A stretch of DNA of 64,000 nt from an uncultured virus (IMG/VR IMGVR_UViG_3300007216_003109) (lineage: Duplodnaviria > Heunggongvirae > Uroviricota > Caudoviricetes): the IMG/VR virus record IMGVR_UViG_3300007216_003109. One strand, written 5' to 3'. Each line of letters starts with the position of its first letter. The stretch's first letter is position 1. Under the pieces are notes generated by a model. That model did no database searches and had not been told where the DNA came from. It saw only the letters and a program-made list of their open reading frames with translations. The position numbers and the translations under genes were made by a program. Shown in pieces: positions 40,403-50,186 of the stretch.

Positions 40403-41731
40403 TCAATTATTTTCTGTAAATATCTTAAGTGTATTAGTAATAGAACTACTTTCTTCCGTATCATTTATAGAAGCATCTTCCGTAATTGTAAGTGTTGGAT
40501 AATCTATTCTTAATAAAACGTTTCCGAAGTTAGGCCCGAATCTATTTTTCATCATTCCAAGATGAATAACACCTAATTCTCTCTCTTCATCTGTCTGAAA
40601 GATAGATAATAACACGTCTGCAGTAGCTGCTAATCCAATACTTTCACTAATAGTCGAAATAGATGGATCCGATTCATTATAACCGGAACGGTTTAGCTGT
40701 GTCGCAGATATGATTGGACAGTTAAAGATATAGGACAGCGCTCTAATCTTCTCAGTAACGTACTTAACTCTCTCGTATGAGTTGTTACCTTGGGGTGAAT
40801 GCAAGAGGTTTAAATAATCTAAAACAATAGCGTCAATTGTTATGCCTTTGGAGAGAAACTTTTTAATAAAAGCACTTAAATTAAGTGGTGAAATAGTAGA
40901 AGGAGGAAACTCTTTAATAAAAATCTTAGCATTAGGATTCTTTTTTGCGAAGTCAGTTATGCCTGTTTTAAGCTGGTCTTGTTCACCTTTAAGTCTAAAA
41001 ATAGGTATCTTTGTAATATTAGAAGATAGTCTTTTCGCGTAAATAAGCTCAGGCATTTCTAAAGATACTACCAAAACCGTTTTATTTTGATTCGCAATAT
41101 TAACAGCAATATTAGCTAAAAACACAGACTTACCAATATTCGTTTCACCAGCAAAAACATATAATGCCTTTCCGTTCTCTTGTAACCCACCGCCTATCTT
41201 TTGATCTAACCAAGGATACCCAGTTGAAATAAAGCTTTCTTCTTTATTTAAATCTTCTATTAATAAATCAGTATTAGATAATACTTCTAGACCTAGATCG
41301 ACAGATAAATTAATACTACAAGCGGTTTCAAATTTCTTTAAAATTTCAGAAGTGTTAATTTCGTTCTTAGAGCATTTTTCAGCTACATCTACCATAGTAG
41401 TATATACTGCTTTTTCTTTTAAAAATCTTTCAGTATTTTTATAGAGTTCATCATCATTAAAGTTTTTATCTATATCTTTAAAAGTCAAAACAGTATCTTT
41501 AAAACTTTCTTTAAGTCTATCTGTATTGAGATATGCTTTTACTTCTGTTATTGTAGGTACTGTATTATGTTTAATATAAAAGCTTGAAATAATTTCAAAT
41601 ATATCTTTAATTTTTTTATCTTTAAAATATTGAGGCTTTACATAATCAATAATAGAGCCAAGATATTTTTCATCTGTAATAGACTTATACAGAATAATCT
41701 TTTCAAAATAATCAAGATCTAGCTCAAGCAT
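40403..41731 (-). CDS. gp41: Replicative helicase gp41 (DnaB-like)
   Basis: Walker A 'GETNIGKS', 'SLEM', 'VLDYLNL', 'SATQLNRSG', 'KNRFG'. Confidence 0.95.
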   Translation of the reverse strand: MLELDLDYFEKIILYKSITDEKYLGSIIDYVKPQYFKDKKIKDIFEIISSFYIKHNTVPTITEVKAYLNTDRLKESFKDTVLTFKDIDKNFNDDELYKNTERFLKEKAVYTTMVDVAEKCSKNEINTSEILKKFETACSINLSVDLGLEVLSNTDLLIEDLNKEESFISTGYPWLDQKIGGGLQENGKALYVFAGETNIGKSVFLANIAVNIANQNKTVLVVSLEMPELIYAKRLSSNITKIPIFRLKGEQDQLKTGITDFAKKNPNAKIFIKEFPPSTISPLNLSAFIKKFLSKGITIDAIVLDYLNLLHSPQGNNSYERVKYVTEKIRALSYIFNCPIISATQLNRSGYNESDPSISTISESIGLAATADVLLSIFQTDEERELGVIHLGMMKNRFGPNFGNVLLRIDYPTLTITEDASINDTEESSSITNTLKIFTENN

Positions 41732-41748
41732 AACATATTATTATACTA

Positions 41749-42420
41749 TCACTTAGAGTATAATTCAATGAACTTATTTTCACTATCTAAATAGTTTTTA
41801 TCTTCATATGACTTAAGACCTGGTGAATTATGAATTACGTATATCGGGTAAACCCCTAGAGTTAGCTTTTTGTTATTAGCATCAATACTAGATGCAATAT
41901 CATAATGGTGAAAATTAAAATTTTCATTAAATTTCCATTGAGCCATTTTTACTGGTTTAGTATTTACAGCTATAAATAGCCCATCAATAATTGCTACACG
42001 TGAAGGTGTAGGTCCAAAATTTGTAAAATAAAAAGATTTGCCATCTTGATTATAATGACCTACTATACCTCTTAAATTTCCGCTTTGAAACCCGCCTGCC
42101 ATAATATGCCAGAGAGCTGGCTTTATAATTGCTGGGTTTAAGCAGCCTGCAAGGCCTACAATATCATATTTCTCAAATGCTTTTTCTAACTTTTTCTTCA
42201 GTTTGCCATCGTCAATAAACACATCATCATGACAAAAAATAACACAATCATATTCTTCTGCTTGTTTACTATAAAGAAATTCATTATAAGATTTACTTAA
42301 CCCGTCCTTGTTGTTTGTCTTAAAAAAAACATCAACATCTTCAAGTTCTAAGCAACTTTTATAAAGCAGAGTATCCTGTTCATCTAATTTTGTTGTACAG
42401 CTGTATATACAATATTTCAT
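41749..42420 (-). CDS. Glycosyltransferase, GT-A fold (GT2-like)
   Basis: 'GLSKSYN', 'FCHDDV' DxD-like, 'DIVGLAG', 'IIDGLFIA', 'FHHYDI'. Confidence 0.8.
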   Translation of the reverse strand: MKYCIYSCTTKLDEQDTLLYKSCLELEDVDVFFKTNNKDGLSKSYNEFLYSKQAEEYDCVIFCHDDVFIDDGKLKKKLEKAFEKYDIVGLAGCLNPAIIKPALWHIMAGGFQSGNLRGIVGHYNQDGKSFYFTNFGPTPSRVAIIDGLFIAVNTKPVKMAQWKFNENFNFHHYDIASSIDANNKKLTLGVYPIYVIHNSPGLKSYEDKNYLDSENKFIELYSK

Positions 42421-43076
42421 ATTATTAAAAATGGTGAGTTACCGTCAAACCCTGTTAAATTTGTAATACCTTCTTGTGTAATAATACTCAAGCTATTGTC
42501 AGGGAATTCTTCCATTCCTTCCTCTTTTGTAGATGAAAATTCGCTTTTAATCCTATCTACAAAAAGAGTACTGCCGCACCTAGCAATATAGATGTTTTTT
42601 GATTTAATATTAAACATCCATAAGCTATAAGTTCCTTCTAGAATTTCTAAAACATTTGTTATTGTCTCAACTTCATCGTCAACTCCAAGGTGTGTTAGTA
42701 ATGGTGGTAAAATACTACTATCAACAGGGTTTATATGATCTGGTAGATATTTTTCTTTAAGAGTTTCAAAGTTTGACAAAACACCGTTATGCGCTACAAC
42801 CCAGTCTTCATTTTCAAAGGGATGTGATGTGTGTTTACTATAAGATCTTTGTGAAGAAGTAGGTGCTTGTGTATGACCTAGCATATAGTAATAAGAAAGG
42901 TTAGGTGAAAATAATCCTGAATCAAAATCTAATATACCAGGTTGATGGTGTACATACTGAATATTTCTATTTTCTGTAATCAAGCAACAGCCAAAAGCAA
43001 AATCGCCTCTTGCTCTATTTAAATTATAGAGAGTAGCAAAGCGATCTTTTTCTGTAGTACCAAATATACCACACAT
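42417..43076 (-). CDS. Class II (Ntn) glutamine amidotransferase
   Basis: N-terminal MCGIFG (catalytic Cys2), 'RG', 'GHTQAPT', 'HPF', 'HNG', 'VDS'. Confidence 0.9.
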   Translation of the reverse strand: MCGIFGTTEKDRFATLYNLNRARGDFAFGCCLITENRNIQYVHHQPGILDFDSGLFSPNLSYYYMLGHTQAPTSSQRSYSKHTSHPFENEDWVVAHNGVLSNFETLKEKYLPDHINPVDSSILPPLLTHLGVDDEVETITNVLEILEGTYSLWMFNIKSKNIYIARCGSTLFVDRIKSEFSSTKEEGMEEFPDNSLSIITQEGITNLTGFDGNSPFLII

Positions 43077-43077
43077 A

Positions 43078-43821
43078 TTATGATATTGGAATACAGTTAT
43101 ATGAATTCCAGTCTATTTCTTTTTTATAAGGAAGCGGGTCAATATAACCTGCTTTAACAAAACCTTGTAATCTTAAACTGCATGCTGTACATTCACCGCA
43201 AGCTTCATCACCACCCTCATAGCAAGTCCATGTCTTTGTAAAATCTACCCCGTAATGTATCCCGGATATAACTATATCCATTTTAGATTTTGTTAATAGA
43301 GGCGCTTCTATAAATATTTTACTTCTGCGATTTAATTGTGACACTTCATTAAGTTTAGTTAAAAATTCTGTGCTACCGTCCCAATACCCAGCAACACTAT
43401 CAGCCTGTGCTGCTCCATGCCAAACAACAGTACTATTTGAACTTTCGGCATGTGCTAAGCATATACTCAAAAGCATTAAATTTCTGTAAGGAACATAATT
43501 AACAGTTTGTGGGTCACCCATAACATCCTTTGCCTTTGCAACCGACAAACTATCATTTGTAAGTGATGAAATGTTTGCTATTTCCTTAAAGAAAGGAATA
43601 TCAATTACTTTATATGTAACATTCTCAACACCTAACTTAGCTTTTATTACGTTAACTTGGTAGGAAGCTAATTCTAATTCTTTTCTATGTTTTTGACCGT
43701 AGTTAAAACTAATAGCATGAACTTTTTCAAACTCATTTGCTGCTTTATGCAGAAGGACAGTACTATCCATCCCACCACTAATAGGAACTACTACAGATGG
43801 TTTTTTATTCGTCGCTGACAT
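43078..43821 (-). CDS. queC: 7-cyano-7-deazaguanine synthase QueC
   Basis: 'SGGMDS', 'YGQKH..EL', 'YVPYRN', 'TWTCY...CGECTACSLR'. Confidence 0.95.
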   Translation of the reverse strand: MSATNKKPSVVVPISGGMDSTVLLHKAANEFEKVHAISFNYGQKHRKELELASYQVNVIKAKLGVENVTYKVIDIPFFKEIANISSLTNDSLSVAKAKDVMGDPQTVNYVPYRNLMLLSICLAHAESSNSTVVWHGAAQADSVAGYWDGSTEFLTKLNEVSQLNRRSKIFIEAPLLTKSKMDIVISGIHYGVDFTKTWTCYEGGDEACGECTACSLRLQGFVKAGYIDPLPYKKEIDWNSYNCIPIS

Positions 43822-44959
43822 CTTCGGCTAGTTTAGCGCCTTTGCTCTTTTTTGCAACAGGCTCCTCCTCAGATGGTAATTCGTCTGGAACTTCTTCACT
43901 ATTTCCATATTGCCATTCAGTGTTAATTTTTGTTTCAATAGCAGGTAATAATTTACTATTCCAAAGCTCTTCGTCATTTCTCCAGGATTTGTAATATCCG
44001 AGCTTTGTACCATCCGCTAAAGCATAAGTTGCACCATTCTGTACAACAATACCAAAGCCTACAGCTAAGTCTAACAAGCCATAATATTTGTTAAGGCCTG
44101 ATTCAAAACTTAGATACATTTCACCTTGTAAATATTGTCTAATAAATCTATTTTTAACAGTTAATGCTCTTAAAATAACTCCGGGGTAATTTCTTTGACC
44201 AACTGTAAGCTTACTATCTACTGCTTTACCGCCATCATCTTTTTCAGGTTTACGTGCTAACTGAACTGTTACATCAGAAAGATACCAAACACTTTTACCA
44301 CCAGGTTGATTCTTAATCATACTCTCATACATAGCACTAGGATCATCATATGTATGGTTTGTAATTACAAATGTAGTTTTTGTTAACCGAGACATATTAG
44401 TACAAGTCTTAAGTAAAGACTTAATTGCTCTTGCCCTTGTACCCATATCCATAGACGTACTTTCTTTATTCATACGGTCTATAGATAATTGGTTCTCTAA
44501 ATTAGCAAGAGAATCAATAGCAATAATAAACTTACCTTCTTGGCCATTTTCCTTAACTTTAGTTAAAAAGTTATAAATAGTGTTACGTGTCTCTTCAATA
44601 GAAAAGCAAGGAACGTATTTTACTTTACTTACATCTAAACCGAGCTTAGCAGCAGATTCTGCATCAATTGCACCTTCAGTATCAAAAATAACAGGCACTA
44701 ATCCTTCTTTTTGAGCATTTGCTAGAATCTTAGTAACAATATATGTTTTGCCGGTCATACTCTCACCAGCTAGCAATGTTACTCTATTTCTAGGTATACC
44801 CTTATTGATACTGCCAGAAACAATTGCATTTAATACATATGATCCTGTATTAATCCACCCGTCAACCTTAGATAAGGTACCTTCAGATAGATATGTTGCG
44901 TGCGGATTGATACTATCAATAGTATCAAGTACACCTCGAATATCTTTACTAAGAGACAT
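43805..44959 (-). CDS. uvsX: RecA-like recombinase UvsX
   Basis: 'NTGSYVLNAIVSGS', Walker A 'GESMTGKT', 'FDTE', 'IDSLANL', 'TNHTY'. Confidence 0.95.
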   Translation of the reverse strand: MSLSKDIRGVLDTIDSINPHATYLSEGTLSKVDGWINTGSYVLNAIVSGSINKGIPRNRVTLLAGESMTGKTYIVTKILANAQKEGLVPVIFDTEGAIDAESAAKLGLDVSKVKYVPCFSIEETRNTIYNFLTKVKENGQEGKFIIAIDSLANLENQLSIDRMNKESTSMDMGTRARAIKSLLKTCTNMSRLTKTTFVITNHTYDDPSAMYESMIKNQPGGKSVWYLSDVTVQLARKPEKDDGGKAVDSKLTVGQRNYPGVILRALTVKNRFIRQYLQGEMYLSFESGLNKYYGLLDLAVGFGIVVQNGATYALADGTKLGYYKSWRNDEELWNSKLLPAIETKINTEWQYGNSEEVPDELPSEEEPVAKKSKGAKLAEDVSDE

Positions 44960-45357
44960 TATTTCTTATCGTCTTCGTCGTCAAACAACTTAATAACTTC
45001 AGCGCCGCCCTTTGCTGACGAGCTCTTAGCTGGCTGAGGAGCGTTTGCAGTAGCAGGTACCCCGGTAAATAGCTTTTCATACTGAAGCTTGAGTCTTTCA
45101 TCGAGATCAACTTCACCCACAACAATCTTATCCTTGTTGAAGGACCAAGAAGTGCCCTTATCAGCAGTCTTGGGGTTAAGAAACTCTCTAAAGAAATAAG
45201 GTAGAGTTTGTACTTGGATTTGCCCAGTCTGTGGGTTCTGTCCAATATGGATAATAGCTGGATTCTTGAGTCTGATATTAACCTTAGAATCTTCTAAAAC
45301 CTCGCCGATGATCACACGGCCAACTTGATCAACAATAGTAGTAATGTTTTTGCTCAT
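44959..45357 (-). CDS. Hypothetical protein, possible Sm-like fold
   Basis: 'GRVIIGEV...IRLKNPAII...QYEKLF' pattern seen in T4-like genes next to gp43. Confidence 0.6.
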   Translation of the reverse strand: MSKNITTIVDQVGRVIIGEVLEDSKVNIRLKNPAIIHIGQNPQTGQIQVQTLPYFFREFLNPKTADKGTSWSFNKDKIVVGEVDLDERLKLQYEKLFTGVPATANAPQPAKSSSAKGGAEVIKLFDDEDDKK

Positions 45358-45387
45358 ATAAAAATATTATTATATTAATTTTAATAA

Positions 45388-47961
45388 TCAAGATAAAAGT
45401 TCAAATAAATCGCATTGTACTTGTTTGCCAGGCTCAATAGCTTTCCAGCCTACAGCTTCATATAATCTTTCTATTCCGGAAAATACAATCTTATTAAACA
45501 TTAGTTCGTAATCAGGCTCAAAGAGAGGTGTAAACTCTTTTGGATAATAGTATTTGAAAGCTATTGAGGATAAACCATAAGCATTAGGCTTCCTTACATA
45601 GAAAAATCTGATTTTATCTCCAGAAGTAATAGCTTCATATCTTTTATCAATTTTTAGTTTTTTACAAAGCGTATTATAAAAATATGCGGATTTTACATGG
45701 CTAGGCATTCCTTTGACAACGTGAAACCCGTCGCATTGAGCCGCATATTTTTCGTAATTTTTAATACCAGATACGAATGAAATATCTTCTAAAGGCAATT
45801 CCTTAAATTTATCGTATATCTCATTTAATGTATTATTTGTTTTAGTTTGATTCTTTGAGGTCAACATAACCTCTATAACTTTCTTAACTAAAGGTTTAAC
45901 TGGTTTCGGCATTGTTGTTCTAACAACTTCAACACCGGTATATTTAAATTTATTGCAAGGTATGCCTTCTTCGTCAAGAAGATGTAGTATGTACCGTTTC
46001 TTCTGTAGAAATAACCCTACATCTGAAATAGCCTCTCTTTTGAAAACAAATCGGCAGTCCTTAGAATTTAAACTTTCAGTTGCCCACGTAACAATATGTT
46101 TATTAAGATATTTTTCTAGCTCATCTACAACGTGATGATAATCTTTAGATATCTCGTTTTTAGAATTTAAAACTTGCATACCATTTCTCTGTACTACTTC
46201 TTTAAGAGTAATATAAACTGAGTCAGTATCGTTGTATATTACAGGGTCAATATCTGTTTCAGTACCAACTTTTTCTCTAATAAACTTTCTTGCAAGTTCG
46301 TTACATTGTTTAATTACAGCTTGGCCGGTTAAAGTAATTGATGAGGCAAGATCGTCGTCACCAATAGGGGCGTGTTTATTGCCAAAGTAACCATATATAG
46401 TATTAATAAAGATCTTAATAGTGTGCTGCTTAATATTAAGCCTATCAATCTCTACTTTAGTAGCTTTATAGTCTTCACTTCCTTTAGTAAGTGTAGAGAT
46501 CTTTTTCTTTAACTTTTTAAGTTCGCTTTTGATTTCTACACGTTGAGAATAATATCTATCTACAATTTCTGGAATAATACCTTTTTTATTTTGTGAGAAT
46601 ATAACATTAGATTTTGATACAGTAAGGTTTTCTTTTTCTATAAACTTGCTAAACTTTTCCTTAGTAAGTGTATATGCATTACCATTTACATGACGAAATA
46701 TAACGGTACCTTCTTCTTCATTAGTTTCTTCTATCTTACCCATTTTAGTTTCGGGAGATAGGTTAAGAGATATCATAGTATTAGGGTATAGACTATTAGC
46801 GTCAAATGATACAATGTGCTCTTGAAACCCTTGTTGGGGCTCACTAACATATGCGCCGGGGTTCTTCCCCTTATCGATTTCATTTCGTATAAAAGTCGGT
46901 ATTCTTTGCTGACGATATCTAGCTCTAATAGCAGTAGACCCGGTGATTACCGATAGCGAGCCCATTGCTGCTTCAAATGTAGTAAGACCTGTATATGCTA
47001 ACATTCTTAGTAATTCAAGATATCTTAACTTGTCTTCCATCTTAACCAGCAGTTTTACGTCTTGAATATTGTAATCTACAAACAATTCCCAGTTATCATC
47101 AGCGAGAGACGAGAGATTTGTATCACCGTAGTCAACTTTTGTTTCTCCTAATTCAATTTCAGCGATAGAATTTAACTTGTAGCTTTCACGCTGTACCATA
47201 CAAAATCTTCTATATACATCAAGGTAGTCAATCACAGATATACCTTCAATATGCCATCTAGTTTGTTCTTTACCGTACTTACCTCTAATAGCGCGTGGGT
47301 ATAATTTTAAAACAGGAGAGAGTTTTTGCGCTTCTTCATCACCTAATATTTTCTTAATTCTATTAATAATATATGGGATATCAAAAAACTCACTATTCCA
47401 GCCAGAAAGGATGTCAGGATGATCCATTTCGATATAATTGATAAATTTTTTTAATAACTCTTCTTCGCTGGAACATTTAATATAAGTAACAGAAGGATCT
47501 TTTTTGGTATAGCTCTTTACACCCCAAGTATAAAAATGATTATGAAGCGAGTCATAGACAGTAATAACATTTATTACATGCTTGGCTTCTTCTGGTACGG
47601 GAAACTCGTCAGGGCTATAAGTTTCAATATCTAGAAAGCAAACCTTCAGAGGGTTTTTAGTAAAGGAAGAATCTTCATTTTTCTCCCAATATGCATCTAT
47701 AAGATATTGTTGGTTTGGTGGTGTGTTTTCAAACACTCTTGTAACGCCTCTTTTAATATATTCATTTCTATCATATTGTGTCTTAAAAGAAATCTTTTTA
47801 AGATTAGTATTAAAAATCGATTTTAAATCTCCTGTATTATTAGTTTCAATATACAAGTAAGGATGATAGGTTGCATCATAAAATGTTCTGTTTCCAGAAT
47901 CATCCCATGTATAAACTCTTATACATTCATTTTTAGGAAGATAGACAGCGTTTCTATACAC
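45388..47961 (-). CDS. gp43: Family B DNA polymerase gp43
   Basis: Exo I 'DIET', Exo II 'GWNSEFFDIPY', Exo III 'YNIQD', 'SFDANSLYP', 'KIFINTIYG', 'YNDTDS', 'KKRY'. Confidence 0.97.
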   Translation of the reverse strand: MYRNAVYLPKNECIRVYTWDDSGNRTFYDATYHPYLYIETNNTGDLKSIFNTNLKKISFKTQYDRNEYIKRGVTRVFENTPPNQQYLIDAYWEKNEDSSFTKNPLKVCFLDIETYSPDEFPVPEEAKHVINVITVYDSLHNHFYTWGVKSYTKKDPSVTYIKCSSEEELLKKFINYIEMDHPDILSGWNSEFFDIPYIINRIKKILGDEEAQKLSPVLKLYPRAIRGKYGKEQTRWHIEGISVIDYLDVYRRFCMVQRESYKLNSIAEIELGETKVDYGDTNLSSLADDNWELFVDYNIQDVKLLVKMEDKLRYLELLRMLAYTGLTTFEAAMGSLSVITGSTAIRARYRQQRIPTFIRNEIDKGKNPGAYVSEPQQGFQEHIVSFDANSLYPNTMISLNLSPETKMGKIEETNEEEGTVIFRHVNGNAYTLTKEKFSKFIEKENLTVSKSNVIFSQNKKGIIPEIVDRYYSQRVEIKSELKKLKKKISTLTKGSEDYKATKVEIDRLNIKQHTIKIFINTIYGYFGNKHAPIGDDDLASSITLTGQAVIKQCNELARKFIREKVGTETDIDPVIYNDTDSVYITLKEVVQRNGMQVLNSKNEISKDYHHVVDELEKYLNKHIVTWATESLNSKDCRFVFKREAISDVGLFLQKKRYILHLLDEEGIPCNKFKYTGVEVVRTTMPKPVKPLVKKVIEVMLTSKNQTKTNNTLNEIYDKFKELPLEDISFVSGIKNYEKYAAQCDGFHVVKGMPSHVKSAYFYNTLCKKLKIDKRYEAITSGDKIRFFYVRKPNAYGLSSIAFKYYYPKEFTPLFEPDYELMFNKIVFSGIERLYEAVGWKAIEPGKQVQCDLFELLS

Positions 47962-47989
47962 AATACAATATTAAATGAAATTGTAAAAA

Positions 47990-49204
47990 TTACAACCCAT
48001 TTTGTGCATTCAGCAAAACTCTATTCGGATCACCGTACGGTAATGTATACAACTCAACATACTTGTTAATATTATCATCATTTTCGAGCCATCTTGATTC
48101 TGCAAACTTGCGAGCTCTTTGACAAATAGTCATATATCTATTCTTAGAAGAAAGAATATCGTCAATTTGGTCTACCATTTCATCTCCTGTTTTAAATTTA
48201 AAAGGTGCATCTTGATATGTTATCATATCTTGACATGCAATAGGTAAGCCAAAGCTAGATGCTTCTATATACTTTAAATCACTCTTAGCTTTATTAAAAT
48301 TATTATTTTGTAAAGGAGCAACCATCATGTTACAATTTAAACTATGAATCTTTTCAGGGTAATTATAAAGCATCGCCCAAGGGTGATATTCAAATTGACC
48401 ACTCATAACATAAGGTCTCAATGCAAGAGGAAATGCGCCTAAAAATACCCACTGATACTTGTCTTTTGTTTTTATAATAACATCAAGAACGTGGCGGAAG
48501 TCATCATCTTGATTGACTCGATTCTCTACATCAAAATGTGCTCCTGACCCTGCGTATAAAATTCTTGGCTTCTTTTTATATAAGTCATAATTTGTACTAA
48601 TACGTTTTTCATTATAAAAATTACCGATCCACCACTTTGGTGGGTAGTTAGGTATAACTGTTACATTTTTATTCCCAGTTTTTTCAATATAATATTCTTT
48701 CATGAAATCACATGTAACAGTGATTTCATCAGACATTTGCATCATAGCGAGAGCGTTATCTCTAATCTCTGGATTTTTGAATGCCGGTTTAAACTTATTA
48801 TATTCCGGAATATCTTCGTGAAACATAATATCATCAATTTCAAAAATAAGCCTAAAATTCATTTTTTGACCTAAGTCTTTTAAGAATTCGTAAAACTTTC
48901 TCTGATTAGAAGTTGCTTGTCTTTGAACTCTAATTGCAGATGTTCCTACGTACCATCTTGGATCAAAACACATTACTGTAGAGCCATGTACAATAGCTTT
49001 TTGATGTGCACAAAGCAAGTGACCGGGCCAGATTAGTCTCCAAAAACCGCAACCACTGTAATCTGCATAGTAATTAATGGCTCTAGGTAAGCTAGCTTCA
49101 GGTGGCGGGGGTAATGCTTGTTCACCAGCTGGTTGTATAATAGGCGATGTATTATAGGGATTTGCGTATGGATTAACAAAAGGACCAGAAAACGGGGTAA
49201 TCAT
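47990..49204 (-). CDS. Glycosyltransferase, GT-B fold (GT4-like)
   Basis: 'SGCGFWRLIWP', 'FEIDD', 'VIPN', 'ILYAGSGAH', 'APLQNNNFNKAKSDLKYIE'. Confidence 0.75.
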   Translation of the reverse strand: MITPFSGPFVNPYANPYNTSPIIQPAGEQALPPPPEASLPRAINYYADYSGCGFWRLIWPGHLLCAHQKAIVHGSTVMCFDPRWYVGTSAIRVQRQATSNQRKFYEFLKDLGQKMNFRLIFEIDDIMFHEDIPEYNKFKPAFKNPEIRDNALAMMQMSDEITVTCDFMKEYYIEKTGNKNVTVIPNYPPKWWIGNFYNEKRISTNYDLYKKKPRILYAGSGAHFDVENRVNQDDDFRHVLDVIIKTKDKYQWVFLGAFPLALRPYVMSGQFEYHPWAMLYNYPEKIHSLNCNMMVAPLQNNNFNKAKSDLKYIEASSFGLPIACQDMITYQDAPFKFKTGDEMVDQIDDILSSKNRYMTICQRARKFAESRWLENDDNINKYVELYTLPYGDPNRVLLNAQNGL

Positions 49205-49212
49205 TCAAATAT

Positions 49213-49240
49213 ATTATATGTTAAATAATAAATATTTCAA
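49213..49240 (-). promoter_or_regulatory. Sigma70-like promoter overlapping + strand late boxes
   Basis: TTGAAA-N16-TATAAT on -; its spacer contains TAAATA twice on + (49222, 49229). Confidence 0.55.
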
Positions 49241-49241
49241 G

Positions 49242-50186
49242 ATGAATAACGATAGTAAACTTATATTTGAAGCATATCTAAATAAAGCTTCAAAGCTTAT
49301 TAATGAATTAGATGTTGGTGCTGATTTTGCAGGAGGAGCATTAGAACCTATTAAAAAGTCAATTAAAGGAGCTCCTGGTAAAGGCTATCTTGTTGATGCA
49401 ATAGCAAAAGGTTTAAGCATTTCTCATGAAGATGCAGTTGAAATGCTTGGTAAAAAAGTGTTTGATAAGGTTTTCAAGCAAAGAGCAGTAACGATTAATG
49501 GTAAGGAATATCCCTTTTCAAATGATGCAAAAAATGAAGATCAGTTTAGAACTATTGTTAAGAATGCAGTAGCTGTAGCGGTGCAAGAAATTCAAAAAGA
49601 AAATCCTTCTTTAAGACTGCCTGGTAGCGATGCAGTTAAAGGTTATACTGCAAGAGTAATTTCTAATCTAGGAGGCTTTGCAAAAGACTTCCAAAAAGGT
49701 AAGTTTGGTGCAACCAAAGATAGTGTTAAGCAAATTGAAAAAGCAGTAGATGCTGCTGATAAGGGTATAAAAATTACGTCTAAACCTGAAGAACCTGCTG
49801 CTGATGCAACAGTTGAAACATATGAGAAGGATGAATTTCCAACAAAAGTGCCTGAATATAGAAAAATTTTTGATGAGCTAGGCGATACATTTACTGTTAA
49901 AAAAGGTCAGGATTTGTATGATTCAGCTGAATTTAGGAGCAGTGTTGATAGTGCTGTTGAAACGGTATTGGGTAAAAAAGATGAAGGTGAAGCAAATGAT
50001 TTTATTGAAACTTTAAAGTTTTATAGAGATAGAAATAAAATTAATCCTTATGTAATAGCGGGTTCTAGTGAAGGTGTACCAGATGAAGAACCTGGGGAAC
50101 CTACACCAGAAGAAATTTTAAGAGATATTGGAGCTTGGTCTAGTCCTCGTGGTGAAGATATGTTTGATAAAGGTAGTTACAATTAA
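49242..50186 (+). CDS. Hypothetical late protein with CTS-like leader
   Basis: Start placed at MNNDSKLIFE, 7 nt after TAAATA (the track starts it at 49218). Confidence 0.7.
   Translation: MNNDSKLIFEAYLNKASKLINELDVGADFAGGALEPIKKSIKGAPGKGYLVDAIAKGLSISHEDAVEMLGKKVFDKVFKQRAVTINGKEYPFSNDAKNEDQFRTIVKNAVAVAVQEIQKENPSLRLPGSDAVKGYTARVISNLGGFAKDFQKGKFGATKDSVKQIEKAVDAADKGIKITSKPEEPAADATVETYEKDEFPTKVPEYRKIFDELGDTFTVKKGQDLYDSAEFRSSVDSAVETVLGKKDEGEANDFIETLKFYRDRNKINPYVIAGSSEGVPDEEPGEPTPEEILRDIGAWSSPRGEDMFDKGSYN

Noticed and set aside
42417..43821. QatABCD or type IV CBASS defence system (QueC-containing)
   Set aside because: No QatA ATPase, TatD or CD-NTase in the neighbourhood; QueC is short and canonical and folE/queD/queE are present, fitting preQ0 synthesis.
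45388..47961. Polymerase motif variants (NTIYG, YNDTDS) as evidence for modified-dNTP incorporation
   Set aside because: Such substitutions occur in ordinary family B polymerases; the sequence alone cannot support the claim.
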